Shown here: positions 1 through 9,473 of the stretch, in pieces
Position numbering within the stretch: position 1 is the first letter of the stretch
Layout of the letters: every line of letters begins with the position of its first letter
From: Minisyncoccota bacterium
GTDB lineage: Bacteria > Patescibacteriota > Minisyncoccia > SW-4-49-11
Direction of reading: 5' to 3'
Assembly: GCA_032117235.1 (NCBI GenBank)
Contig: JAULZW010000005.1
Location: 31,264-95,263, forward strand
Length of the DNA: 64,000 nucleotides
Translations under genes and position numbers: made by a program
Notes under the pieces: model-generated
Databases searched by the model: none
Seen by the model: the letters and a program-made list of their open reading frames with translations, nothing else
What the model was told of the DNA's origin: nothing

Positions 1-2
1 AT

Positions 3-647
3 ACATTGGTTTACTTTGATGCTAATAATAATCTTTACTTTACATTCCCAAGAGAAGCTTTAGAAGGTTATCAGGATATTAGTACAACTGCTGAATGTAA
101 GCTAAAGGAATACAATCCAAGAGAGTCAGATTTTTATGATGGGGTGGGGACAGTTTATGATCATTTTGTAGTAATGCCAGCACAAGAAGGTATAGGAAGC
201 GTATATTTAGGTAATGTGAGAGCAGCATTGAATGGGAATAAAGAATTTGAGACTTCCGTAATTGTAGAAAATAAAAAATTAATTTCAGCAGTCGATAAAA
301 TTAAGACTAATATTTATGGAGAGAATAAAGTTCTGGATAGTTTTTTATCAGAGGATAGAATGGAAATTAAAGATGCCCAAGGTAATTTAATAGGAGGATT
401 ACTAAAAGAGGAGGAGCAGAAAAAAGAAAATGATAAAGCACTAAGAAGTAAGTTTTTCAACGAACACCCTGATAATCCAACTGAAGAGCAATTTATAAAT
501 TATTTCATATATAATTTAGATAACTATAACTATTTAGGTAAAAGAATGCCATTTATAAAAAATACTAAGGATGAGCAAAAAGTAGCCTTTGCACAAAAAC
601 TGTGGGAGTCTGTAAAGGAAAAATATTCAAGCAATAGTCAGAGCTAA
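3..647 (+). CDS. Hypothetical protein, 5' end probably outside the window
   Basis: Frame open from the window edge to TAA at 645-647; no recognisable motif. Confidence 0.6.
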   Translation, partial: TLVYFDANNNLYFTFPREALEGYQDISTTAECKLKEYNPRESDFYDGVGTVYDHFVVMPAQEGIGSVYLGNVRAALNGNKEFETSVIVENKKLISAVDKIKTNIYGENKVLDSFLSEDRMEIKDAQGNLIGGLLKEEEQKKENDKALRSKFFNEHPDNPTEEQFINYFIYNLDNYNYLGKRMPFIKNTKDEQKVAFAQKLWESVKEKYSSNSQS

Positions 648-661
648 GTAAGTATACTTAA

Positions 662-1276
662 TTACAACCCCAAAATCTCTTTAACTTTCATAATAGTGAC
701 TTTTTCTTGGCGGGTGAGTTCATCTAGGGAGTTTTGTATGGATTTGAGATTGGTTTTCATCTCTGGGATGATAACATATTCTAGTGCATTGACTCGTCGT
801 CTAGTGGCTTCGATTTCCTCGGCTAGTAGTCTGGCGGTGAATTCTATCTCAGCTAATTTGACTAATAGAGGTAATATATTCTGCAAGGTTAAGAGGGCTT
901 GGTCTAAATCTTTGGGTGTGCCTAAAGTTCCATATTGGAAGGGGTCTCCTTGTAAATGGGGGATTATATGTGGGATAGTCACTCCCATAATGGATTTCTT
1001 TTGTAATTCTAGATAAGTCTTTGCTTGGGATAGATGTATTAGTTCATTGATGGCTTCGGTTGAGATTTTGGTCTGAGCAAATTGAAATAATTGTATGGCT
1101 TCTACAATTTTGGGAGTTAATTCTCCTCTTAGCTTGATTACTTCTTGGATAATGGCTAGAAATTCTTGTATCAGTCCATCTCTCTTGTCGGTGAGCAAAC
1201 TATGTCCGCGAGAAGCGGTTTTAATCTTCTTTTTAAGTTTGAGAGCTTCTTGTCTAGTCGGTTTGACGGCGGGCAT
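662..1276 (-). CDS. ntpD: V/A-type ATPase subunit D
   Basis: KPTR...GHSLLTDKRDGL N-terminus, TRRRVNALEYVIIP motif; last gene of the operon. Confidence 0.95.
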   Translation of the reverse strand: MPAVKPTRQEALKLKKKIKTASRGHSLLTDKRDGLIQEFLAIIQEVIKLRGELTPKIVEAIQLFQFAQTKISTEAINELIHLSQAKTYLELQKKSIMGVTIPHIIPHLQGDPFQYGTLGTPKDLDQALLTLQNILPLLVKLAEIEFTARLLAEEIEATRRRVNALEYVIIPEMKTNLKSIQNSLDELTRQEKVTIMKVKEILGL

Positions 1277-1278
1277 AC

Positions 1279-2664
1279 TTATTTGGAGTATTTATCTATG
1301 AATTCGGGCTTGATTTTCTTGAGTTCTTTTCTTGGTAATATGGATAATAAGTCCCAAGATAAATCTAGTGTGTCTAGAATGGTTCGGTTTTCTTTTCGTC
1401 CTTGTCTAATATATCTATTCTCAAAGGCTTCAGCGAATTTAATATAGGCTTTATCTGTCTCAGATAGGGCAGATTCTCCTAAAATTAGGGCTAATTCTTT
1501 GATTTCTATACCTTTGGCATAGGAGGAGGCCATTTGCTCTTTGACAGCGGATAAATCTTCTCGGCTGTATTTTTTATTAACTCCAATTCGTGATAATGAT
1601 CCAATTGGTTGTATTGGAGGGTATATTCCTTGATTATGTAGCTCTCTGTTGACCATAATTTGCCCCTCTGTGATGTATCCGGTCAAATCCGGTATTGGAT
1701 GCTGCTTATCATCATCTGGCATTGTAAGGATAGGAATTTGGGTTAATGACCCTGTGGAGCCTTTGACTATTCCTGCTCTTTCATACAATGTTGCAAGGTC
1801 GGTGTATAGATATCCTGGATATCCTCGTCGTCCTGGAATTTCTTTTCTAGAAGCGGATACTTCTCTTAAGGCATCTGCATAATTTGTCATATCGGTTAAT
1901 ATAACTAATACATGCATATTTTTCTCAAAGGCAAGATATTCTCCGAGAGTAAGTGCTAATCTTGGTAGGGTAATTCTCTCTACAATTGGGTCGCTAGCGG
2001 TGTTGATAAATAAAGCAGCTCTCTCCATTGCTCCAGTTTTCTCAAAGGAGTCGATGAAGAATTGTGCTTCCTCAAAAGTCACTCCCATAGCTGCAAAAAT
2101 CACTACAAAAGGTTCTTCAGCTTGTATTAATTCTTTTCCATTTTGTAGGGCTACAACTTGGGCTTGTTCAGCAATTTGGGTGGCTATTTCAGAATGTGGT
2201 AGTCCTGAGCCTGAGAAAATTGGTAACTTTTGTCCTCTTACTAGGGCATTTAGGCCATCTATGGTGGAAATTCCAGTTTGAATAAATTCGCTAGGGAATT
2301 GTCTCATTCCTGGGTTAATAGGGGATCCATTAATATCTAAATATTTCTCAGCTATAATTTCGGGGCCTCCATCTTTGACTTTCCCAGCTCCGGTGAATAC
2401 TCGTCCTAACATACTGTCAGATACTCCGAATTTCAAAGTTTCTCCTAAGAAAGCTATTTCTGCTGTGTCTATATCTAATCCTTCGGTATTAGTGAATAAT
2501 TGTACGATAGCTTGGTCTTCCCCAGCTTCTAGAACTCGTCCTTGTCGGATATTACCTTTGGAATCTCTAATCTCCACGATTTCCTCGAAGGCGACTTGAG
2601 GTACTTTTTCCACTACTACTAATGGTCCAGCAATTTCTTTGATTGTATTATACCATTTCTTCAT
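1279..2664 (-). CDS. ntpB: V/A-type ATPase subunit B
   Basis: [50 protein letters not shown]. Confidence 0.97.
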   Translation of the reverse strand: MKKWYNTIKEIAGPLVVVEKVPQVAFEEIVEIRDSKGNIRQGRVLEAGEDQAIVQLFTNTEGLDIDTAEIAFLGETLKFGVSDSMLGRVFTGAGKVKDGGPEIIAEKYLDINGSPINPGMRQFPSEFIQTGISTIDGLNALVRGQKLPIFSGSGLPHSEIATQIAEQAQVVALQNGKELIQAEEPFVVIFAAMGVTFEEAQFFIDSFEKTGAMERAALFINTASDPIVERITLPRLALTLGEYLAFEKNMHVLVILTDMTNYADALREVSASRKEIPGRRGYPGYLYTDLATLYERAGIVKGSTGSLTQIPILTMPDDDKQHPIPDLTGYITEGQIMVNRELHNQGIYPPIQPIGSLSRIGVNKKYSREDLSAVKEQMASSYAKGIEIKELALILGESALSETDKAYIKFAEAFENRYIRQGRKENRTILDTLDLSWDLLSILPRKELKKIKPEFIDKYSK

Positions 2665-2673
2665 ATTATTATC

Positions 2674-4494
2674 CTAAATTCCACTTATTACTTTATTGAT
2701 ACCAAAATCCTCAGGTTTATCATTGTCTTTTAGGTTCTGAATAGTGCTTGAAATTTTCTCAATTAGAGGTACTATGGTCTCAATTTCAGCTTCGGGAGTG
2801 TTCTTGAGTCTAGATATTTCTTCTCGGATTGGTAACTCTAATATGTCATTGGTCTCAACTTGGGTATCTTTTTTAGCTAATTCAGTAGCTTCTTTATGGA
2901 AGGTGAGCATAGCTTTTAGCATCAAATACATTTTGCGAGTGGAGGCAAAAGCATCAATTTCATCGAAGGCATTTTGTTGTAAATAATCTTCTCTTAGGCC
3001 ACGGGCAGTGTCTAGTAGAATTTTCTCCGAAGTGGAGAGTGCATCCATACCAACTAATTTAATAATATCATCAAGTTCATTTTCTTTTTGTAGAATTTGC
3101 ATAGCTAAGTCTCGTAATTCTTTCCAATCGGCATCGGTTTTATTTATAAAATATTCTTCCACATTTTCCTTATAAAGACTGTAACTATTAAGCCAATGAA
3201 TAGATGGGAAATGTTTTTTAGCAGCAAGAGAGGCATCTAATCCCCAAAAAGCTTTGGTCACTTTGAGGGTAGCTTGGCTAACAGGTTCGGATAAATCTCC
3301 TCCTGGAGGCGATACAGCTGCAATAATGGTGGCTGACCCAGTTCTTCCCTCAGAACCAAGAGTTGTCACAATACCCGCTCTTTCATAAAAAGCTGAAATT
3401 CGAGATCCAAGATAAGCAGGATATCCTTCTTCTCCGGGCATTTCTTCTAATCTTCCTGACATTTCACGCATAGCTTCAGCCCAACGAGAGGTAGAATCGG
3501 CCATCATAGCCACATTATATCCCATATCTCGATAATATTCAGCAAGAGTAATACCTGTATATACAGAGGCTTCACGAGCGGCAATTGGCATATTGGATGT
3601 ATTGGCTACAAGAATTGTTCTTTCCATCAATGGTCGGCCTGAATTTGGATCTTTAAGATGTGGGAATTCTACTAATACATCGGTAATCTCATTTCCTCTC
3701 TCTCCGCAGCCAACATAAACCACAACATCGGCATCTGACCATTTTGCCAATTGATGCTGAATAACTGTCTTTCCAGCTCCGAATGGTCCTGGTACGGCAG
3801 CCGCTCCTCCTTTGGGAATTGGGAAAAAGGTATCTATAATTCTCTGCTGGGTAATAAGTGGAGTAGTGGGGATTTGTTTAGCTTTGTATGGTCTTGGAGT
3901 TCGAACTGGCCATTTATGCATCAATTGTACAGATGTGTCTCCAATCTTAGCTACTGTCTCGGTAACAGTGAATTCTCCTGCTTTAATCTCAGTGATTGTT
4001 CCCTCAACTCCAAAAGGCACTAGAATTTTATGAGTGATTAGCTCAGTTTCTTGTACTGTTCCTAGTATATCTCCAGCTTGAACTTGAGCGCCTTTTTGTA
4101 CTGATGGCTTAAACTCCCATTTTATCTCTCTATCCAAACTAGGAGCTGTTAAACCTTTTGTTATATATTCAGAATTGAGACCTTGGGCAGCTGTTTTCTC
4201 GGCAATTACATTGAGTGGTCTTAAAATTCCATCAAATAATCCAGCAGTCAAAAGTCCTGGGCCTAACTCTATACTAAGGGGCTCTCCAGTAGAAACAACT
4301 GGTTCTCCAACTACCAATCCAGAAGTGTCTTCATAGACTTGAATAGAGGCGGTATTGCCTTTGAGTTCAATAATTTCTCCCATTAATTCTAAGTTTCCAA
4401 CTCTGACCAAATCATACATTTTAGCTCCAATCATAGAGTCAGCTATAACTAAGGGTCCTGAGATTTTGATAATAGTTCCGGTATTCATAGTCAT
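2674..4494 (-). CDS. ntpA: V/A-type ATPase catalytic subunit A (start 4494 or 4488)
   Basis: Walker [29 protein letters not shown]; no intein. Confidence 0.97.
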   Translation of the reverse strand: MTMNTGTIIKISGPLVIADSMIGAKMYDLVRVGNLELMGEIIELKGNTASIQVYEDTSGLVVGEPVVSTGEPLSIELGPGLLTAGLFDGILRPLNVIAEKTAAQGLNSEYITKGLTAPSLDREIKWEFKPSVQKGAQVQAGDILGTVQETELITHKILVPFGVEGTITEIKAGEFTVTETVAKIGDTSVQLMHKWPVRTPRPYKAKQIPTTPLITQQRIIDTFFPIPKGGAAAVPGPFGAGKTVIQHQLAKWSDADVVVYVGCGERGNEITDVLVEFPHLKDPNSGRPLMERTILVANTSNMPIAAREASVYTGITLAEYYRDMGYNVAMMADSTSRWAEAMREMSGRLEEMPGEEGYPAYLGSRISAFYERAGIVTTLGSEGRTGSATIIAAVSPPGGDLSEPVSQATLKVTKAFWGLDASLAAKKHFPSIHWLNSYSLYKENVEEYFINKTDADWKELRDLAMQILQKENELDDIIKLVGMDALSTSEKILLDTARGLREDYLQQNAFDEIDAFASTRKMYLMLKAMLTFHKEATELAKKDTQVETNDILELPIREEISRLKNTPEAEIETIVPLIEKISSTIQNLKDNDKPEDFGINKVISGI

Positions 4495-4502
4495 TATTTT
4501 AA

Positions 4503-4826
4503 TCAAGAGGCGAATAATTTGTCTAGGCTCATCCCTACTGCTTTTTCGGTGAGATGTTTTAATTCCTCAACGGAATTACTATCTGAGCTAATAGGTAGCT
4601 GTGAGATAGGTATATTGAGTGAGTTCAAGACTTTTTTTTGTTTAGAGGTAAGAATTATATTGGAGGCTATAAATATAATAGCATACATTTCGGCATCTTT
4701 TTGAATAGTATCTATAATTTGGTCTATTTCTAATTCATTACTATTCAAAGTCTCAAATCCAAATAATTGAAATAAGAGATTAATGTCTGATTCAGCTATT
4801 ATAACTGGTTTTTTATAGTCTAACAT
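4503..4826 (-). CDS. V/A-type ATPase subunit F (divergent)
   Basis: 107 aa between C and A; LFQLFGFE and C-terminal LTEKAVGM resemble subunit F. Confidence 0.8.
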   Translation of the reverse strand: MLDYKKPVIIAESDINLLFQLFGFETLNSNELEIDQIIDTIQKDAEMYAIIFIASNIILTSKQKKVLNSLNIPISQLPISSDSNSVEELKHLTEKAVGMSLDKLFAS

Positions 4827-5761
4827 ATATTGGAATAATCTATAAATCTTAATTTAGCTTGCTTGGAATCAAATTCCTTAGAATGCTGTAAAATCAGTAA
4901 TTTAAAGTTTGAAATAGCATATTGTAATCTCTCGGTATATTGAATAATTCTATCTCCGGACATACCGCTAAATTGAGCTCTATTTATGGTCTTGATTTCA
5001 TTTTTAATAAGGGTGTTTTCAATATTGATGGTATTTATATCTACAGGAGCTAAATTTAAATATTGACCAATATCTCCTAACACGTCTCCAAAACTAAATC
5101 CTTTTACCGCATTGATAGCCAAACTTCCTTGAATTGGTAATAAGTGTCGTAAAATATGTTCTTTAGATTGCCCTTTTTGAGTTCTAGCTAAAACATTGAG
5201 TAGGGTATAGCTATCTATTTTAGCTAAGACAAAGTCTCTCATAATATCACTACTATAGTCCAAATTTTCAAAAAGTAAGGTCAAGAATATCTCCTCTAAA
5301 TAGGAAATAATGCTAAAGCTATCTTTAGAGTGTATTAGCTTCTCTTCTTTAATTAGTAATTTTGTTTTAAACTTGGAGCCATAATATAGTTGAGTTGTCG
5401 TACCATCTAAAATCTGTTCAAATGATTTTTCTCCCAAATTTTCACCATAAATAGTTTTATTCAAAGCTAGGGTTTTTAATTTTTCAAAGTCTTTAGTAAG
5501 GGTTAAGTAAATAAAAGGAGATGTATTTTCTGGTAAAAGAGACAAGATTTCATCCAATTGTTTACTATAGTGATGATTTAGATTTGTAATAGCATTTCCT
5601 TGGTTAATATCTATCAATCCAAATGAATCTCGAATCATATTCAAAATAACATCAATATTACCTGTATTGAGTAAATTTTTGGTCTCAGTAGAAACGGGTA
5701 AATGCCCTAATCGAGAGACATATCTACTAGTAACACCAATTAGAGGAACTTGTAAACTCAT
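4820..5761 (-). CDS. V/A-type ATPase subunit C/d (divergent)
   Basis: 313 aa, operon position between E and F, KIDSYTL-like motif. Confidence 0.7.
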   Translation of the reverse strand: MSLQVPLIGVTSRYVSRLGHLPVSTETKNLLNTGNIDVILNMIRDSFGLIDINQGNAITNLNHHYSKQLDEILSLLPENTSPFIYLTLTKDFEKLKTLALNKTIYGENLGEKSFEQILDGTTTQLYYGSKFKTKLLIKEEKLIHSKDSFSIISYLEEIFLTLLFENLDYSSDIMRDFVLAKIDSYTLLNVLARTQKGQSKEHILRHLLPIQGSLAINAVKGFSFGDVLGDIGQYLNLAPVDINTINIENTLIKNEIKTINRAQFSGMSGDRIIQYTERLQYAISNFKLLILQHSKEFDSKQAKLRFIDYSNIC

Positions 5762-6294
5762 ATTTCCTTTATTACGGAGGCTAATGTTGTTTTTTTGACT
5801 TTATCCAAAATATCCTCAACAGTAATTTCTAGGCTGATATTCTCTAACTTGCCATTAATGGCCCCTAAATTAGAGTTTTGATTGCTTTTACTGTTTTTAT
5901 AGCCAAGACTTGAAATTATATCTTTTAATTCTTCGGTATATTTTCCAGTAATAGTTAAAGTTGTGTTCTGTGGGATACCCTGAAGAGTGTCTTGAATTAA
6001 AGTTTTGACAAAGTTAGAAGCTAGAATTTCTGGTAAAGATTCAATATAAATAACTTCTAATTGAGATTGTATAGCATAGCCAGAATTGAATTTACTAGTT
6101 TTACTGTTTTGGAATTTCTGAAAATTAACTTGAGTAGCAACGGCTTCTTCAATTTTTTCAGTATGTAGCTTTTTGGTCTCAGACAAAGCAGTATTCCATG
6201 TATCTTTGTTTTCTTTCAAGTCTGCTTTATATTGAGCTTCTAATTTCTCAATATCTTTATTCATCTGAGATTGTATTAAATCTGCTAAAGTCAT
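5758..6294 (-). CDS. V/A-type ATPase subunit E (divergent)
   Basis: N-terminal coiled coil, size, position after K. Confidence 0.7.
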   Translation of the reverse strand: MTLADLIQSQMNKDIEKLEAQYKADLKENKDTWNTALSETKKLHTEKIEEAVATQVNFQKFQNSKTSKFNSGYAIQSQLEVIYIESLPEILASNFVKTLIQDTLQGIPQNTTLTITGKYTEELKDIISSLGYKNSKSNQNSNLGAINGKLENISLEITVEDILDKVKKTTLASVIKEI

Positions 6295-6296
6295 AT

Positions 6297-6776
6297 TTAT
6301 CCTACTGATACTCCGTTAATAATTAGAATAGAAACTAGCAATCCGAAAACAGCAAAAGTCTCTACTAAAGCGGCTAAGATAATTACTTGTCCAATCTTAG
6401 ATTTATCTCTAGCGATCAATTGAACTCCACTAGCAATTACATCACCCTGATATTTTCCAGAAGCTAAACAAGTAAGTCCTACAGGAATTCCAGCAAAAGC
6501 TAATATCATACCATTTTGCCAACTAACATTTGCAAACTCACCAGATAATACTCCAGTATTTTGCAGAATTAAAACAGCTGCTAAAAGACCATAAATAGCT
6601 TGTGATCCAGGCAGAGCTGATAATAAAAGTATATTCCCAAATTGAGAATCATCCTCAGCAACTAACCCAGCTCCAGTTTTACCAGCGGTAGAAACTCCGA
6701 TTGATGAGCCAGCTCCAGCTAAGCCGGCAGCTAGAGCAGCACCTAATACTGCTAAACTTATACCTAATACTTCCAT
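6297..6776 (-). CDS. ntpK: V/A-type ATPase rotor subunit K (4-TM, Na+-type)
   Basis: Duplicated hairpin proteolipid; LPGSQAIYG, Q110 and E139-T140 as in Enterococcus hirae NtpK. Confidence 0.93.
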   Translation of the reverse strand: MEVLGISLAVLGAALAAGLAGAGSSIGVSTAGKTGAGLVAEDDSQFGNILLLSALPGSQAIYGLLAAVLILQNTGVLSGEFANVSWQNGMILAFAGIPVGLTCLASGKYQGDVIASGVQLIARDKSKIGQVIILAALVETFAVFGLLVSILIINGVSVG

Positions 6777-6818
6777 ATATTCAACTTTAACTTTTAATTA
6801 GGGACAGAGCTTCTTACC

Positions 6819-6878
6819 ACTGCTATCCTTTTCGCTATACTCCTAAATTTTTAAGAATATAATGAAAAAGATAACAGT
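6819..6878 (-). other. 28-bp RNA hairpin in the I-K intergenic region
   Basis: Arms 6819-6846 and 6851-6878 with a 4-nt loop; on the minus (mRNA) strand 22 Watson-Crick pairs, 5 G-U pairs and 1 mismatch. Confidence 0.85.
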
Positions 6879-6879
6879 A

Positions 6880-8916
6880 TTATTCAATAACACTATAATC
6901 TTGAGATCGAGAAACCTCCTGTAAGGGTCTTCCTCCAGATTGGAAGAATTTACTAAAGAATTCTACAAAGTGCAATCTACCTACATTGATATAAGTACCT
7001 AAGACATTCAGAGCAATATTAAATATATTTCCTGCTACAAAAATAACAATCATAATAATATATCCAATAACAATCCAAGCACCACCTTTTTCTACTAATC
7101 CGCTACCAGCTAGGTTTGCTAAGGTTCCTACTACTCCAGCAATAATTCCAGTTGCAAGACCTAGAGCAACTAACCTAGTATAAGATAGTATATCTGACAA
7201 ATATCCTACTACTCCAAAAAATACATCATAGGCTCCTTTACCAAACTTAGCAAATATAGACTTCATATCTCTACCCAAAAGATATATCATTGTAAATACA
7301 TAGCCAATATATATATATATCAGAGGATCAATGAGTAATTGAAGTCCATTTCCTAATAATCCAAAATTAATAAGCAATAATAATATTCCAAAGATCAAAG
7401 CTAAAGCCCAAAGAATAGAATCTAGACTAGCATCCCAGAATGACTTTTGATTGAATGCTTGTACAATGTTGAGAGATAACCCAAATAAAAGATGAATAAC
7501 TCCAAGTACAATAGTGAATCCCATCAAAGTAATTACACTGTCCATAGGATTGATAACTTGTAATTGCTGCAAGAAAGGAATTAGTCCAATACTAATTAAG
7601 AATTTCATATGAGGTGACGCTGTAGCAGGGTCAATTGCATCTGGAGTAATTCCAAACCAACTACCAAATAAAGCTCCTACAATCAAAGTAGAGATAGAAG
7701 CAATAAACACTACTGCAAAAATATCTCTTACACCTGATTTTAATCTAGAATTTAATAATCCAAGCCCAGTCAAAATAATTAGAATCAGCGCATATCCAGC
7801 CTCAGATAAAGCTAATCCGAACATAAAGGTGAAGAATATAGCAATAGATAAAGTCGGATCAATTTTGCCAGCCTGCGGATAACCCATAATTTTTGTTACA
7901 GTTTCAAAATGTCTTACAATAGGCAAGTTTTTGAATATAACTGGAGTGTCTTCAGATACAGATGGTAATTCTACAATTTTAATATCATTTGAAATGTCTA
8001 AAATATCTTTTTTATATAAATTAAACTTTTCTTCATCTACCCATAACTTTATAGAAGAATTTGTTTCAGATTCTGGATTAAAAGAATGTAAATAAGAAAT
8101 CAAATTTAGTTGAGAATTTAATACATCTGCTAAAATAGCCAAATCCTTGAGCTGAATAGGGGATTTTTTGAGCTCAAGATTTATTTTATTGATGATTTTG
8201 GCATTAACACTAAATTCTTGTTTACTTTTATGATAAATATCATAAAAAGATCCTGTAACTTCAGCTGGAAATTGAATGAAGGTAGCTTGATTTTGAATTA
8301 TATCTAGTCCAATTTTAACCTGATTTTTTGAAACGGCTAAAATATAAACATAATCAGTCCCAATTTTTTTAACAGACTCCAATACAATAGGAGATAAACT
8401 TTGCTCCAACTGCTCTACTAAATAATGGGCTCTAGATTCATCAACTAAAAATGGTAAAAATTTAATATAAGAATAGGGTTTAAAAATATTAAGTTCGATG
8501 TCTTTTAGAGGTTCTGATTTAGCAATAATATCTTGTAAAACTTCTTGTCTAGTTGTTAAATCATCTTTCAGTCCAGCTTTTTCTACAATCTCTTGAGCTT
8601 TTTTGATAATTTCTCCTTGCTCTGTATTATAATGTTCAAAAATGTCTTCAGTGATTAAAAATCTATCATCTAACACAGCTGAGAACATGGATTTTTTAAC
8701 AGTATGATACCCTTTGTATATATCCAAAGATTTATTTACTATATCTAGATTTTCTAATAGATCCTCTTGTTTATGTAAATAATTTTTAGCTAAAGGAGTT
8801 CTTTCTAGTTTTTCTATAATTTCTCCAACTTGACGCTTTTGAATATAAGCTAATAAGTTTAATTGAGTATTGTTTGGAACAGTGATTTGAATTAGTTTAG
8901 ACGCTTTAACTCCCAT
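6880..8916 (-). CDS. ntpI: V/A-type ATPase subunit I (a)
   Basis: Soluble N-half plus TM C-half; LSYTRLVALGLA (essential Arg), RLHFVEFFSKF. Confidence 0.95.
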   Translation of the reverse strand: MGVKASKLIQITVPNNTQLNLLAYIQKRQVGEIIEKLERTPLAKNYLHKQEDLLENLDIVNKSLDIYKGYHTVKKSMFSAVLDDRFLITEDIFEHYNTEQGEIIKKAQEIVEKAGLKDDLTTRQEVLQDIIAKSEPLKDIELNIFKPYSYIKFLPFLVDESRAHYLVEQLEQSLSPIVLESVKKIGTDYVYILAVSKNQVKIGLDIIQNQATFIQFPAEVTGSFYDIYHKSKQEFSVNAKIINKINLELKKSPIQLKDLAILADVLNSQLNLISYLHSFNPESETNSSIKLWVDEEKFNLYKKDILDISNDIKIVELPSVSEDTPVIFKNLPIVRHFETVTKIMGYPQAGKIDPTLSIAIFFTFMFGLALSEAGYALILIILTGLGLLNSRLKSGVRDIFAVVFIASISTLIVGALFGSWFGITPDAIDPATASPHMKFLISIGLIPFLQQLQVINPMDSVITLMGFTIVLGVIHLLFGLSLNIVQAFNQKSFWDASLDSILWALALIFGILLLLINFGLLGNGLQLLIDPLIYIYIGYVFTMIYLLGRDMKSIFAKFGKGAYDVFFGVVGYLSDILSYTRLVALGLATGIIAGVVGTLANLAGSGLVEKGGAWIVIGYIIMIVIFVAGNIFNIALNVLGTYINVGRLHFVEFFSKFFQSGGRPLQEVSRSQDYSVIE

Positions 8917-8949
8917 ATAAATTTATCTATTTACAAGTATGACTATTAA

Positions 8950-9216
8950 TTATAACTGACTCAAAATAAGTTCTTTGATTTTTTTAGTATCTAATTTAAT
9001 TTCAGCTGAGCTAGAACCATTAGATTGTTTTTCATAAGCAACTAGCCTCTCATTAACAATCTGATTCTTATTCAAAATCTCTTTTTTAAGAACTGCAATA
9101 TTCTCTTTAGCTTGAATAATATAGTTCTGAGATAAGGTGTTATAGTCTTTTTGTAAAGATTTTTTCTTACTATTAAAAGACTTTTCAATTTCAATCAGTT
9201 CAACAAGTTTTTTCAT
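8950..9216 (-). CDS. Probable V/A-ATPase peripheral stalk subunit G/H
   Basis: 88-aa coiled-coil protein, first gene of an H-I-K-E-C-F-A-B-D order. Confidence 0.6.
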   Translation of the reverse strand: MKKLVELIEIEKSFNSKKKSLQKDYNTLSQNYIIQAKENIAVLKKEILNKNQIVNERLVAYEKQSNGSSSAEIKLDTKKIKELILSQL

Positions 9217-9237
9217 ACATATTTATAATTACAATTC

Positions 9238-9266
9238 ATTATAGTCTAGAGAATTTTATTTGTCAA
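9238..9266 (-). promoter_or_regulatory. Sigma70 promoter of the V-ATPase operon
   Basis: Perfect TTGACA-17 bp-TATAAT on the minus strand, 21 bp upstream of the first gene. Confidence 0.85.
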
Positions 9267-9462
9267 TGATTTGTATGGGATTGGAGTGGGTTTAGAGGGT
9301 TTAGCTCCCAGCTTACAGGATTATTAATAATATATTCTTGAATTTTTAGTAAATCAGTATCATTACAAAAATACACTTCATATTATCTACACACACTGTA
9401 ACAAAATACCAATAACCTCCAAGATATAATTCTTTTGACAATCTTTTTATTTGCCTTTTCAT
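9263..9462 (-). pseudogene. Internally deleted REP-associated tyrosine transposase (RAYT/TnpA-REP, IS200/Y1 HUH family)
   Basis: Minus strand gives MKRQIKRLSKELYLGGYWYFVTVCVDNMKCIF (RAYT-like N-terminus, YFVTxC) joined out of frame near 9366 to NDTDLLKIQEYIINNPVSWELNPLNP...* (RAYT-like C-terminus, YIxxNP); HUH core missing. Confidence 0.8.
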
Positions 9463-9473
9463 AAAAAATATCC

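Noticed and set aside
649-660. Palindrome TAAGTATACTTA between convergent genes
   Set aside because: Too short and AT-rich to form a stable terminator
2674-4494. Inteins in V-ATPase subunit A (also checked RecA)
   Set aside because: Both proteins are normal length with contiguous motifs
696-4704. Many short plus-strand ORFs opposite V-ATPase genes, and similar antisense ORFs elsewhere
   Set aside because: Shadow frames of well-conserved genes, with no motifs or expression signals
7307-7320. (AT)7 microsatellite in V-ATPase subunit I as a phase-variation switch
   Set aside because: Encodes IYIYI in a TM helix, the frame is intact, and such a run is plausible by chance at this AT content
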